Assembly: GCF_006345805.1 (NCBI RefSeq)
Contig: NW_021832840.1
Location: 31,693 to 95,692 of the forward strand
Length of the DNA stretch: 64,000 nt
Origin: Octopus sinensis
Lineage: Eukaryota
Reading direction: 5' to 3'
Both the position numbers and the translations under genes were made by a program. Positions 38,290 through 51,759 of the stretch are shown one piece after another. The notes under the pieces are model-generated. The model made no database searches. It saw only the letters and a program-made list of their open reading frames with translations, and had not been told where the DNA came from. The stretch's first letter is position 1. The number at the start of each line of letters is the position of its first letter.

Positions 38290-38790
38290 TAATCAAAAAT
38301 GAACTGTGCAGACAGGCTTGCTCCTTCAGAAGTCCAGCGGCGAGGACGCAGTGTGCGTTGCCCCGAACAATGGCCAGGCCGATGCGCTGGCGGAACCAGA
38401 GGCTCTCTCTCGAGTCCTTGAGCCTTCTCCCGATGGACTGCCCGACCTCTTTGAGGAACGAGTCAGTCTCCTTTCCTGCAACTCCAGCGGTCTCCAGAGC
38501 GATTGCCGTAACGCGGTAGCGGTCCGCGAGCGAAGAATATTTATGTATTTTGATCTTTTCGGCGTGGTTGCAGCCGAACAAGGGTTTGCCGCAGAAGAAT
38601 GGATCCTCGATTTCGAAAAGGTATCCACAACGGTGACATCCCATACAAGGGCCTTCCCCGACGAGTACGGGAATATTGTCATCCCGTCAGGCCTTTTGCC
38701 ATCTCCCCGATCGAGTCTGACCGGTTCGAGGAGGCACGAATGGCCCGCCATTTCGAGACCGGCCTTCACGATTTCATTGAGGGCCTTGTT
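38290..38790 (-). mobile_element. CRE-like RLE 3' fragment
   Basis: LEPVRLDRGDGKRPDG...LVWDVTVVD...ALETAG...RIGLAIVRGNA. Confidence 0.85.
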
Positions 38791-39631
38791 GAAAAATGTA
38801 AGGATGAATTGTTTCATTTCTTTTACGCCAAACATACGCACCTTTTTCACCAATTAACAGCAGAAACTTAGATTCGTCAGAAAAAATAACTTTGGACCAC
38901 TGTTCTATAGTCCAGTTTATTTTCCCTTTAGCCAAAGCTAATCTTTGCTTCTGTTGTTTTAATGTTAGGAAGGGCTTGCAAACAGGGGTTATGGAAAAAA
39001 ATCCCAATTGGTTTAGACGTCTGCTTATTGTCATTCGGCTCAAATTAATTCCGTGAGGAATAAGTTTTTCGGAAATTTCCTTAATAGAGATGAATATATT
39101 TTCCATCAAAACTCTTTGAATAACTCTTTCTTCTCGTGAAGACGTTAATTTCGGCCTTCCCTTTCCGACACGATTGTTTTTCTCGTTATTTTGCTTCCGC
39201 AACACGTTGGAAACTGATCCTTGTGAGCAATTTGTGATTTCCGCGATTTTGTTTTGACTAAGTCCAAAGGTATGGAGATTTAAAATAATTTTTTTGTATC
39301 AAATGACAAGTCGCTTTGTCCTTCCATGTAAATTAAATAATAACGTGTTAAGTTTAAATAAATTTGTTTTTGTATGAAAAATATAAAAATTATTATAATG
39401 TTATGGTACATGACAAAAATTATTATAATGTTATGGTACATGACAATTTGTATCACCCCAACCAGTGATCTCGTAAAATCAAATAATTTTTTAATAGTTA
39501 AAGAAAGTAAATTTGAATTTGGATGTAAAAAATTAAGTCATAAAAATGGATATTTGTGAAATAGAGTTATATTTTAACTAAATTTACGAGTATTATAATG
39601 TTTTGGTACAGACTGTATATGTTATTTAGAC

Positions 39632-40171
39632 CAGCGGTTCTCAAATGCGGCCCCCGGGGCCGCATGTGGCCCCCAGGATTTTTTTTGCGGCCCCTCTAGA
39701 GTAACTAACTTTTTTAATTTTTTAATAATGTTTAAATTTAATTATTCATTCTTAAGGTTAAACAAAAAAAAACATATCCATAATTGGTGATTTAATTAAT
39801 CAATTTGAAACACGTTTTGGGGTACATTTATATAAATTTAATTTTTAGAATTTTAAAGAATTCCTTCCTTTAATGAAAATATTCGCAACTCCATTCAGCG
39901 TGGAAATTAAGGATGCGCCTGCAAAGTTTCAACTAGAACTCATTAATTTACAACATGATATAGAACTGGCGGCATTGTTCAAATTAATTTTTACAAATTA
40001 ATTCCTCAAGACAAATTCAAAAATATAACACATAATGCATATATGAATCTACATATTTATGCGAATCAATATTTAGTAAAATGGAAAATATATAAAATAT
40101 TTTTTGTGCGGCCCGCGAAGCTAATCTTAATTATCGATTTGGCCCTTGACTAAAAAAGTTGAGAACCCCTG
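39632..40171 (+). mobile_element. hAT Buster/SPIN MITE, intact ends
   Basis: TIR CAGCGGTTCTCAA / TTGAGAACCCCTG; perfect TSD ATTTAGAC at 39624-39631 and 40172-40179; residual transposase (FATPFSV...QLELINLQ). Confidence 0.92.
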
Positions 40172-40186
40172 ATTTAGACCATATAG

Positions 40187-40939
40187 CAGAGGTGTCAAAC
40201 ACGCGGCCTCTTGCATGTATAGGTGCGGCACGCGAGCCTTTAAAATATAAAATAGTTTTCATTATTTTGTGACATTTTGAGTTGATTTCTATAATCTGTT
40301 CTGCTTGCATATTCTGAACTTATTCGTCATTATTTTGTGTCCATCTTTATTTATTCAATTTTTTCGAGAGCTTGTTTCAAGTGGGGTGTTTCAAATATCT
40401 GTGCATATTTTTAAATCCATTTTTTATAATTAGTATATTGTAAATCTTGTTTGACAATGTTACTTGTTTCTTCTGTTACTAAAAACTGTGTTTGAAAGAT
40501 GAAGTGTTTCAAAAAATAGGAACTTCTATATTTTTCTACAACGATAGATGCAAAAATGCATTGTCTGATATATAACCAGTTAATCAGTTACTACAAGTTA
40601 TGAAATCAGCAGAATGCTTGCAATAAATGGGAAATCATATTGTGATAGTGATTTCATCAAAGTCCTGTGAAAACAGCCAAAATTATTTGTCCTGATAATG
40701 TGTATTTGTTTAAAGAGATTTCTTTGACAAAAATACAGTTGCCGAACATAACAAAGAAATGGCACATTTTCATGAAATAAAAAAACTGTTCATAGAACAC
40801 GACTTACAAATGAAAATTTGTCAGTGGTTAAGTAGTTGCCATAGTAACACGTAAAGGACAGGTTGCCCATAGGGGCCTGATTAGCCATGTCACATATTAT
40901 ACATGCAGCCCCCAAAGCAAAATGAGTTTGACACCCCTG
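40187..40939. mobile_element. hAT Buster/SPIN MITE, intact ends
   Basis: TIR CAGAGGTGTCAAAC / GTTTGACACCCCTG; perfect TSD CCATATAG at 40179-40186 and 40940-40947. Confidence 0.92.
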
Positions 40940-40947
40940 CCATATAG

Positions 40948-41112
40948 GCTTTAGTATTTTCTTTCGTTCTCCAGAAAAAATTCTGGAAATTAACGTTTAT
41001 TGTACACGCCATAACTATATTTTTGACATGGGTTGAAAAAGTTTGGAAGATGTCAAAGGTAACTCCTACAATCTTCTGGGTTTTTTTCTGAGGTATAATT
41101 GTCCCGTCCAAC
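40948..41112 (-). mobile_element. LINE RT-thumb fragment
   Basis: IPQKKTQKIVGVTFD matches the 46083-47060 family (IPQKKTQKILGVTLD). Confidence 0.7.
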
Positions 41113-41676
41113 TTTGCTTCAATTGAAGCTTTTTAAAGCATTCTGTTTTTCGTGAACAAAATCAAAATAGATTTTTCCGGACTTGCTTCCAATTCTTTTT
41201 TATATACTATGAACTCAATTTATTAGGTTTATCTTGTGTTCTTCGCGTTTCTGCTATTATACTCCTATTTCTTAATGTAATAAAAGATTATTGTCATCTT
41301 CTGGCCGTGATAGATCCTCATCATGAGATTAAATAGGATTGGAGATAATTGAGAACCCTGAGAAACCTCATTTGATAATAGTCTTAATATGAAAGATCTA
41401 TTTTCATCCCAAGCTTGTCTTATACGACCACTACTGAAATTCTCAAGTCAGCTTTAAATTTGCGTCAATATTTGAGGAATCGCACTTTCACACTTTTTTT
41501 ATTTTTGATAAAAGTTATTTTAGATAATATTAAAGAAATATTATTACAAAGCAGCATTCTTTTAATGGATGAAGAAGTTGATGTGGTGTTATCATATAAT
41601 ACTTTTGTCAATGAATATACAAAATATTAATTATAATTAACATAAAAACATCATTTTTATAATATTAAACTAGGAA

Positions 41677-43132
<1,456 letters not shown>

Positions 43133-43264
43133 TTCATTGATTTCTCGTTATTATTGGCTCATTTATTGAGTTTTTTTCCTTTTAAATTTTAATTCTGATT
43201 TAATTGATTTTAAATAGCTAGATTTTTTTGGCGATTTCTCTTTTTAGTTAATTAAATTTACTTC

Positions 43265-43570
43265 AGGGGATCACACCACGGTTTTTATTATATACCCAGA
43301 AAGAATAATTTCCACCAATACGAGTGTTTACACAAATCATTGCGGATTTGTCAAAGAATATGCCATCTTCATACTTAGAGTTTTCCTTTGAAAATAAAGA
43401 CAGTGGAGAGCCTCGCCACTCGCCAAACCGTCTATAAGCAGTACATGGAACCCACAATTAGTTACGCCTGCACAGCGTGGGGAAATTCGGGAAAAATTTC
43501 AGAAATTTAATCAATAATCTACAAAACTCTCCCACTTTTGAGGAGATCTTGCGAAGAAACTGGGGGACAA
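43265..43570 (+). mobile_element. LINE RT-thumb fragment
   Basis: YKQYMEPTISYACTAWG, similar to YNQYIEPTIGYACAAWG at 46330-46390. Confidence 0.55.
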
Positions 43571-43909
43571 CATACCTAATGACTAGGGCAACCAAAAGTC
43601 AATAATGTCTCTCTAATTCGAATTTGTCTGATTTTTGTTAAAAATAAAAATTAAATTATAGGGGTATTACTTATGATTTTGTAAAATTAATGTGTCATTT
43701 AGGTCAAATAAATATTCATTCTTTCAATGATTAATAAGTTGAGTTAGTTGAAAACATTCAGTTAGTAGTGTAGCGATTTTTTCACAAAGGGAGAAAGGGC
43801 CATATTTTAAATTCTGGATTTATTGTATCTAGTCCAGGGCTTTTGTTATTTTTTAGTTTTTAACATGCTGTTTTTATTTCCAAAATTGTAATTAGTTAGG
43901 GGTCTTTAA

Positions 43910-44945
43910 TCACATTGAAAAATTTCTCAAAATGTGTTGCAATTATCTCCACCTGCTCCTCAGCATTCAGTAAAGTTTTGCCATTTTTATCCTTGATGAT
44001 TATTCGTTATTTCCGGTTTACGTGTCGTAATAAACGAGTGCCCACATACATTTGTGAATTATCTTTTAGTTTAAATAACCCTTTAATTTTGCGGAGCAGA
44101 TCTTTTGCTCAGTCCTCTGATTTTTCTACGGATCTGGTCCCTCTGCCCCTGAAGGGCTTTTCTTTTGTTATAGTCTTTTTCGTTTAGTTCCTGTGTATGG
44201 ATTTCTTTTAACTCCTTTGCTAGTTCTGTATGTACCGTCCGATCCGTATTGGCCGTCTCCCGCGTGAATAGCTTTCTACTTTTTTTATTATGTGCTAATC
44301 CCATCCCACGAAATTCCTACTGTTTGTTTCTTCAAATGGGAGCAAATATTTTTTGTAATTTCTGTTGCATATCCACTTTATGTTTTTTTTTTCCACTTTA
44401 TGTGTTCTCAATAACATTGTTTGTAATGTTGTTATGTTTCTTATGTTTGGCCATGCTGGAGGTGACAATAACCACTCCGTGATCACTGACTAAATCTTCA
44501 TATGAGAGGGCGTTTGTCATTAATCCGGCATATAATATAATCAATTTGGTTGTATGTAGAGACTAGCTTTCCATCTTTATTTCTTCGTTCGCCCATCCAA
44601 GTGGTTATGTGGTATGAATGATGGAAGAATGCGGCACAAGAACAGTTTATTTACTGTCCAGAAATGGCCAAGTATGGGCCAAAGCATGTATCTTTGCACT
44701 GTCTTCCCATGAAGGTATCTTCTGAGTTCTTTTTTGTATATAAGTGAGAAAGGCTCATATTCGTTATACGTTTTTGATAATGCTGAGTAAAATTCATCCA
44801 GTTCGGTCGGGTTTTTTACCATTTTTCCACGTTTATACATCCAATAAAAACTATATATCTTTCTAGGTCGTGAAAGAAAATATTTCTCGAGGGGGCTTAG
44901 ATATTCCTCTTGCATTGAACGTAAGAATCTTTAGGGCAAGCATAT
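43910..44945 (-). mobile_element. RTE-like LINE AP-endonuclease region, degraded
   Basis: Across frames: ILTFNARG, DEFYSAL, TTWMG...YNQIDYII...SDH; homologous to 57700-58320. Confidence 0.7.
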
Positions 44946-45719
44946 TTACCTATATCTTCTGCTATCTAAACATTTTTCTTAATTGTTGAACGGAAAAAAG
45001 AGGCATCTCACACACTCACTAAAAGGGTGACATTTTTTGTTATTTATTATACTTTATAATTAATTAGAATTAAAAAATAATTGATACATAAACAATCAAT
45101 TATACCGGTGTATTTTCACGCTTATTATTAGTTTTTCTTGTGATGCACTATGAAATTTTGTATTTACAAAAATTAAATTTGTACACAGTATTCTTATTAT
45201 TACTAACTTATTTACAATTTTTTTTATTTTTTGTTTATTTTTGTCTATTCATTATTGTTATGTTTATTGGTTCTTTTAATCTTCTCTTATACGAAGGGAG
45301 TCGATTTGAAGGCATCTATAAATGCTGATAAACATTATTAACAGTGATTAGTGCATTTTTTGATTTAGTTTGTATATAAAGACAGTATTGTTGAATACAA
45401 TCTGTTGATTTTTTTCTTTAATTTAATCTTTATTTTATATACCGTCCAAACTAAATTATATAATAACTTTGCGTACAAAAAGAGGATTCGCCTGTAACTG
45501 GATTTTAACCCAGAGAATAAAATACCGAATGTATACTTTTGTGAATGTTGAATCACATATTGCGCATCTAACAATCACATCCGTCACCGTCCATTTGCCA
45601 GACCACATCTACAATTTCAAATTTTTCTAAAAAACTGCATTTTTCCAAGTCCAAAGTTATTCAATATATTCAATTGTTTTCAATATTACTAAGAATATTG
45701 ATGTTGAAATCCGTTTTGT

Positions 45720-45990
45720 TGTTTAATCTTTTGAAATCCGTTTTGGCCAAAAGATTCCTAGGATGTATTTCAGCTGCATTCTGTGGAAGGAATTGAGATT
45801 TTCCATTTCATGCACTGTGAGTGCCCAAGAGGAGGAGTTGTACAGTAGGACTGGTTTTACGAACATATTGTAAAGTTTGATTTTTAAAAACGCAGAAATT
45901 TTTTTGCCTCTCAACCATATGTTGTTTAATCTTTTGAGCGCGAAAGTTGCAAGTGATTTTCTTCGTATCATGTCTTCTGTATCTCCTAAG
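45720..45990 (-). mobile_element. RTE-like LINE C-terminal fragment
   Basis: KIKLYNMFVKPVLLYNSSSW...LNSFHRMQL. Confidence 0.8.
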
Positions 45991-46079
45991 AGAGTTATAT
46001 GATTATTTGATATATTTTGATAGTTACATTATTATTATTTAAGCCAAACAGAATCACCGTCTTAACCAATTAACTAACA

Positions 46080-48230
46080 CGTTCAGGTGATTCCGACACT
46101 TCTCAACAGTCGAGGCATCTTTTCACGATGTTCCGACCGTGACCCCACACACTTTCTGTATGTACGGTGAATGGTTTGTGGTCCATTTCCACGATCCCCC
46201 CCATTCGCCTCTACGAGAGACTCCAGTGTTCTATGGACAATTTCCCTATCGGTGTGGTCCTTCAGTAGGTTGATAGATCTTTCTTGAATTTTTTCGATTT
46301 TTAGCCGGTTCGTTGCCGCCAGGTTACTGCCCCAAGCAGCACATGCATAGCCTATTGTTGGCTCGATATACTGATTGTAAAGGGTCTCTACCCCTGGCGG
46401 ATAAGTTCTCCCACAGTTCCAAAGGAAGGCTTTTACAAAATTGATCTTCTTTATACAGGTTGATACGATCGATTCTACGTGAGGTGAAAAACAGAGGAAA
46501 GTATCAAGCGTTACTCCCAATATCTTCTGTGTTTTCTTTTGTGGTATTGGAATTCCGTTCAACGTGACATCAATAGTTTTCGTCCCCATCTTCCTCTTTT
46601 TCGTGAATAGAGTGACTGCTGACTTTTCGGAACATGCATGTAGTCTGTTTTCATATAGCCATCTATATAAGTAGTTCAGTATTCTTTGTAGTCTTTTCTT
46701 CGCGTATTCGACATTTACATCCCTAGATGCGACAACTATGTCATCGGCATAGGAGAGTAGTATGTCATTATTATCCATAGGAGCCGGGAGATCATTCAGA
46801 AACAAGTTTAAGAGGGTCGGGGATAAAAAGGAACCCTGGGGTACACCATTGGGCAATAAGCGTGATCTTGAACTCTCGTTCCCGACGCACACTTTCCCAC
46901 GACGTCCGCTCAAAAAATTCGCAATCCATAGCTTCATAGGTGTAGAAATATTTGTACCAAATATCTTTTGAATTAGGATCTTCCTCGGGACGGAGTCAAA
47001 CGCTTTTTCAATGTCGATAGTGCATACAATCGATTTTTCCTGCATTTTTGTGTCCTTCATTTATGAAATCTGTTAGTGTGGTAAGGAAGGAGGTCGTTGA
47101 CAATCCTTCCTTGAATCCATGTTGGAATGTAGATTGTGGGAGGAAAGGTCGAATATGTTTTAGGACCAGTTTTTCCAAGATTCTTGACAACACACATATA
47201 AGGATACTGGTCTATAGGAGCCGGGGTCGTTCTTCGGTCTTCCAGGTTTTAATATTGGCCGGATTTTTGATAGTTTCTATAAGTTCGGTATAGCGTTCGT
47301 GATTAATGACGTGTTATAGATCGTGGTTAAAGCATTTATTGAAACAGGGCCCAAGTGTTTTAGTAGATTAAGTGGAATTCCATCCGGTCCACATGAGTTT
47401 GTTTTCTTCTGATTCGAGATTGTTTCAGACACCTCTTCAGGAAGAAAATAAGTCGTCGGGGGCCCTTTGGATGGCTTTGATTTTAATCTTGGCTGTGAGT
47501 TCATTTTTTTATAAGGAATATGACTAATCTTGACACAGTGTTTCATAAAATTGTTTAGATTGAGCTGGTATGTTTCTGTTTTACGCTCGTCAGGATTCTT
47601 CAAGCGTCTCAACATCGTCCACATGGTCGAAATAGAGGCTTGTTTATTCATAGCTCTAGAGATTCGGCTGAGCTTCTTCCTTTGGACTTGGTTGGTATTA
47701 TTCGTAATAAGCATGTTTAGAGCCCTGATTCGATCGATGATTCCTTTGGGTCGATACTTTCTTTTCTTGAGGCTGATTCTTTCTCTGATTAGTTTTTTTG
47801 TTCTTGAATCATATTTTGAGCTCCCACTTCTTATACATGCTCTTCTGATAATCAAATTCCTTGCATCTATGATAGTTTTGTTGAAGCTTTCCACTGCTCT
47901 GTCCAAGGAAAAAAAATTCTCAGGGTGGAAGTTCTGGAGTCTTGAATCGACGTAGTTTGCGAAAGCATTCCAATCTGCGTTTTCGTAATCATAGAAATAA
48001 GTTGGTTTCAGTATGGGATGTGGAGAACAGTTCATTCTCATTATCATTGAGTGGTGGTCACTTCGGAGATAAGCTTACGAATTTCAAGAAACGACATTTT
48101 CAAAATAATGGAGTTATCTAAGCTACCAATTATTCCATTTCACCACGCATTATTATTGGATTGTCCGGCAACATCGTGTGAAGTAGAAAATTTTCTATTC
48201 TTCACCAAATTTTAACCAAAGATAGAAATT
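46080..48230 (-). mobile_element. LINE (jockey/I-like) endonuclease end plus RT
   Basis: SDHH, GPDGIP, DIEKAFDSV, GVPQGSFLSPTLLN, YADDI; frameshifts. Confidence 0.9.
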
Positions 48231-48414
48231 TCCTACCTGAAAATGTTAAATATTATTTAATGTTATGCTTTAATAAATAAATTTCTGTTTCTTAGGGCAA
48301 CTTTTTATGCATATTATGTCAACTTTTTTTATTTTTTAAAGCAATTTAGTTGACTTTTAAGGTCAATTTTTTACATTATTATAAGCAACTTTCCGGTTAC
48401 CCTAGTCATCATAT

Positions 48415-49600
48415 ATGAGAAACTTCGCAGATTTTGTAAAAGATTCAATTGGAGAAAGTGAATATCAACAGATAGAAAAGGTACACGGTCTGAGAGAAGG
48501 AGATGAAATAAAACCTCGCAAATTCCTCTCGGGGAATTTTTACAACCCAAAGACAAAGACTGGGATAACCCTAGTTATCAGAAAGTGTACATGAGTGGAG
48601 GGCCGATCATGAATGTTAAGATGGAGGTTGGCACCTTCGCTCGCGAATATAGACCATTTATGATAGAGCTAAAATACAAATATACGAAGAACGATCGAGC
48701 GATAATAAATACTTTGAGTCGAATGACTGACTTTAACCAGGATTTAGTGACATCCAGTCTAGCTATCTTCTTAATAAACTATACATTTGATGCTCCCGCG
48801 AATTTTGGAGACATTGAAATCACTGAAGAGTATCAGGATATCACAGAATATTCCTTAGTTGAAAAAGGTTTCAAAGTCAGAACAGCAAAGATGGCCATGA
48901 ATTTGGGAGTCTGGTGCAGAAGGAGGAAGAGCAACACTTGAAGAGTGGAGAGTTGCCTTAATGAAAGCGCTCTCGCCTGTAAGATTTGCTCATGCAGCCG
49001 AAAGAAACCCGGATGCAGTAGATCCTCTCATGGACAGATACCACACCGTGATGCGCAATTTGGACCCAGCATACCAGCCTGAGAGGTCTTTGGTCTTGAA
49101 AATGTACCAAAAGTATCTACCAGACAGAGGATTAGATAAGCTTTGCTGTCTCTTGGACAAAATGTTGTACACATGTCCTGAAGATCCGATGTCTGCACTA
49201 CGATTCTGTACTATCCCTTTCTACAATGCAGGGAATGCAGTATTGTCACGTGTAGTATCACTATGTGCAGCGTTCCCAAGGGAGCTGGAAAGAGCTGTAA
49301 TGGTAGAATCTCTATTTGCATCTGCTCATGTAAATGAAGTGAGTAGGTTCATAGGGCATTGTTTTGAAGTCCTAAATCCGGATCACTTATGCATTTATTA
49401 GAAGGGATTAGGCCTTGTTAAAGCCTCTGCTTTTAGCTCTATGTCGCTGCCTGGATACTTTATGTGTACGAGTGCAATAGCGGCAATGATAAAGCACCCT
49501 AAATTCATGTTCTCTAGGTCAATCACGCCTAATCCTCAGGCTATGGTTAATGGCTTTTTGAACGTGACCTCCATCAGGAGGGAACGAGATGAAAGGCGAT
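48415..49600 (+). pseudogene. Endogenous viral element: rhabdovirus-like (Mononegavirales) nucleoprotein
   Basis: Reconstructed across 2 frameshifts and a stop at 49399-49401: KLCCLLDKML...SALRFCTI...EVSRFI...DHLCIY*KGLGLVKASAFSSMSLP. This parallels VSV N (KIVAAVDMFF...ASFRYGTI...SYMPYLIDFGLSSKSPYSSVKNP) and rabies N (IHFRSLGLSGKSPYSS). ITEYSLVE resembles rabies ITPGSLVE. Confidence 0.75.
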
Positions 49601-50446
49601 ATGATCAAGGCACAACGAAAGAGTTACGAAGTAAATCTCACCCCTTTCATATTGTTGGCCGATTCAAAATCTTTTTGTTCACCGACGTCGACCATAACAT
49701 GGATAGACTATACTCCAGATACATTCTTTTTCGGACCACTCATTTCTCGAATTTATTCCGTAGTGATGAGCATTGTTCCACAGCAGCGTCTATCTGATTG
49801 TACCCTCGCGGGATGCCAGCTTTACATAGCACACTGTGTGATGTACCTGATTCTGGAAGCCTACCAAAGCCATGCATTCGACCCGGAAATCCAGCAAGTA
49901 CTTGATAGTTATCGAGGTCTCAATATCCGAGATCTTCATTTTCCTGATTACTTCTTGGAATGGAAGAACGCCATCGGCGATTTTTCAATTCAGAAGCAGG
50001 ATCTCCGCCTCCGTCTTTTCCTCCCCCTAATTGACCGTTCGCAGTCGGCTCACAGAAACTATTTCTGGGACCCATCTACGGCGAATCTTCTACCAAACTT
50101 CGGAAGCATTTACCTCAAGATGTACTTAGCGTCAGATCTACATTCAATTCAAAGGAATGATAGAACCATTGAGCGCTACCGAGACCTACAACGGCTTACG
50201 GAGAACGTTTTATTTGATAACTCGATCGCTCGTTCACATGATGCGCTTCTTCCTTTCAGTTCTGAGACTTTTCAGGCCGGTTCGCGAAGTCAGCTTGCAA
50301 CTCTCGTTCAAGGTTTCTTATCCAAACCAGATTCCTTAAATGTGTACATGCGCTTTCTTAAATTTGACGAAGCAATTCTGAACAACATTTTCCAGTCCTC
50401 CCCTTGCTCCCAACCTGAGGGGCAACGTCTTCTCGATCATCAGTAG
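49601..50446 (+). CDS. Endogenous viral element: partitivirus-like capsid protein ORF
   Basis: Uninterrupted intronless ORF (49589-50446, 285 aa) with ordered motifs YTPD, QLYIAHCVMYLILEA, LHFPDYFLEWKNAIG, LFLP, LLPNFGSI. These recall partiti-like capsid motifs (YVPD, xLYxxxL.yxxiLR, LpIPGPL..ff.al, LPN); judged by eye. Confidence 0.5.
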   Translation: MIKAQRKSYEVNLTPFILLADSKSFCSPTSTITWIDYTPDTFFFGPLISRIYSVVMSIVPQQRLSDCTLAGCQLYIAHCVMYLILEAYQSHAFDPEIQQVLDSYRGLNIRDLHFPDYFLEWKNAIGDFSIQKQDLRLRLFLPLIDRSQSAHRNYFWDPSTANLLPNFGSIYLKMYLASDLHSIQRNDRTIERYRDLQRLTENVLFDNSIARSHDALLPFSSETFQAGSRSQLATLVQGFLSKPDSLNVYMRFLKFDEAILNNIFQSSPCSQPEGQRLLDHQ

Positions 50447-50494
50447 CTTTAGATTGCGATAATTATTTTCGTTCTCTAATTGTAAATCTTATCA

Positions 50495-51212
50495 GGAAAA
50501 TCTTTTATACGAATGGTCCTCCCCTCATACTGCATACAGATAATGGAAAAGAGTTTAAAAACTCAAAAATGGTTAAGTTTTGTGAGGAGTTTGGGACCAA
50601 ACATGTTTTTGGGCGTCCTCGTGGACCATGGGTTCAGGGACAAGTTGAAAGGTATAATTTTAGTATTCATTCAATAGATTTAATCAGTCGATTAAAAGAT
50701 GGTTGTCTTCAACAAGTGCGTCAGAAGGAACATTTGGGAATTATATGCCATTTCTTGGAAGGATCGTATTCAGATACAATACGACCGTCCACGAGACAAC
50801 ACAAAAAACTCCATTCTTACTTTTTACTGGCTGCCAGTATCCTCCAAAAATTAATTGCGATGATTTAAATAATCTCATTGCGTTTGAACCCAAGGTGGAA
50901 GTAGTTCAGGTAATTTATTTTAATGCATGTTGATAGGCATGTCATGGTGCATTGAGGAACACAATCAGGGCAGGGGAAAAAATGCAAAAAAGAAGGAGAT
51001 GGAAGGATGATGAAACGTGTATAGGAAGTGGTGATTCTGTCCTCATAAGAGGAGATTTTAACACAAATCCGGCACATCGAACGATGCCGCTTTACGACCA
51101 GGTGGATACGACTATATATAAAGTTGTGAAACAGAATGGCGACAACTATGAAGTTGAGAATGATGAGGGGATTTTGGTAAAAAAACATTTTTCACAATTA
51201 AAAAAATTATAA
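50495..51212 (+). mobile_element. Ginger integrase core and C-terminus with two introns
   Basis: PLILHTDNGKEFKN...RPRGPWVQGQVER|FNQSIKRWL...YNTTVHETTQKTPF; introns 50652-50677 (26 nt) and 50910-50936 (27 nt) restore the frame. Confidence 0.85.
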
Positions 51213-51759
51213 AAACATTCTTTTGTAATTTTAAATGATTAGGTTTTAGAGTTAATGCACCCTTAGGGTTAGAGTTAGGGTCAATCCATCCTTATAGATT
51301 TTTTTTAATTAAAAAATTTTTTACTCAATTTTTTTATATATATTAGTTATTAAAAACATATTTTATAAAATCAGGAAATATATAAATATTTAAATTGTGA
51401 TACTTTCAGTATTTTTATTGTTGCTGTAATCACCGACATTGGAATATTTCCAATAAGTAACAAAAAACTAAATAAATAATGATTTAGGACTAATCGATAA
51501 TAGATGCACCGATTTACAAAAAAACGGAAAAAAATTGCGATGGAGGCACACCTACGGCATAGGCACACTCGTGGACCGTGACATAATATAACAATAATTA
51601 AATTCGTGTTCAGTTTACAAAAAAAGTCTAGAAAAAAATATAACAATAATGATTAAAATTTGGTAGAAATTGATCATTTTAGATTTTAGGGCGCTACAAT
51701 ACAAGATCGCCAAATCCGGGAACAAATAAATAAAAGTTTGCCATAAGAATATAAAGAAT

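Larger units (their letters stand above)
37846..39615 (-). mobile_element. Tc1-like element with nested insertions
   Basis: 25-bp TIR CAGTCTGTACCAAAACATTATAATA; TA flanks; GRPKLTS...KPFLT...WSKVIFSDESKF. Confidence 0.85.

Noticed and set aside
44577-44915. 112-aa ORF that looks like a novel protein
   Set aside because: It is a frame-shifted mosaic of an RTE AP endonuclease (ILTFNARG, DEFYSAL, YNQIDY in adjacent frames).
51262-51280. Interstitial telomere (TTAGGG TTAGAG TTAGGG)
   Set aside because: Only three units, located in a transposon subterminal region.
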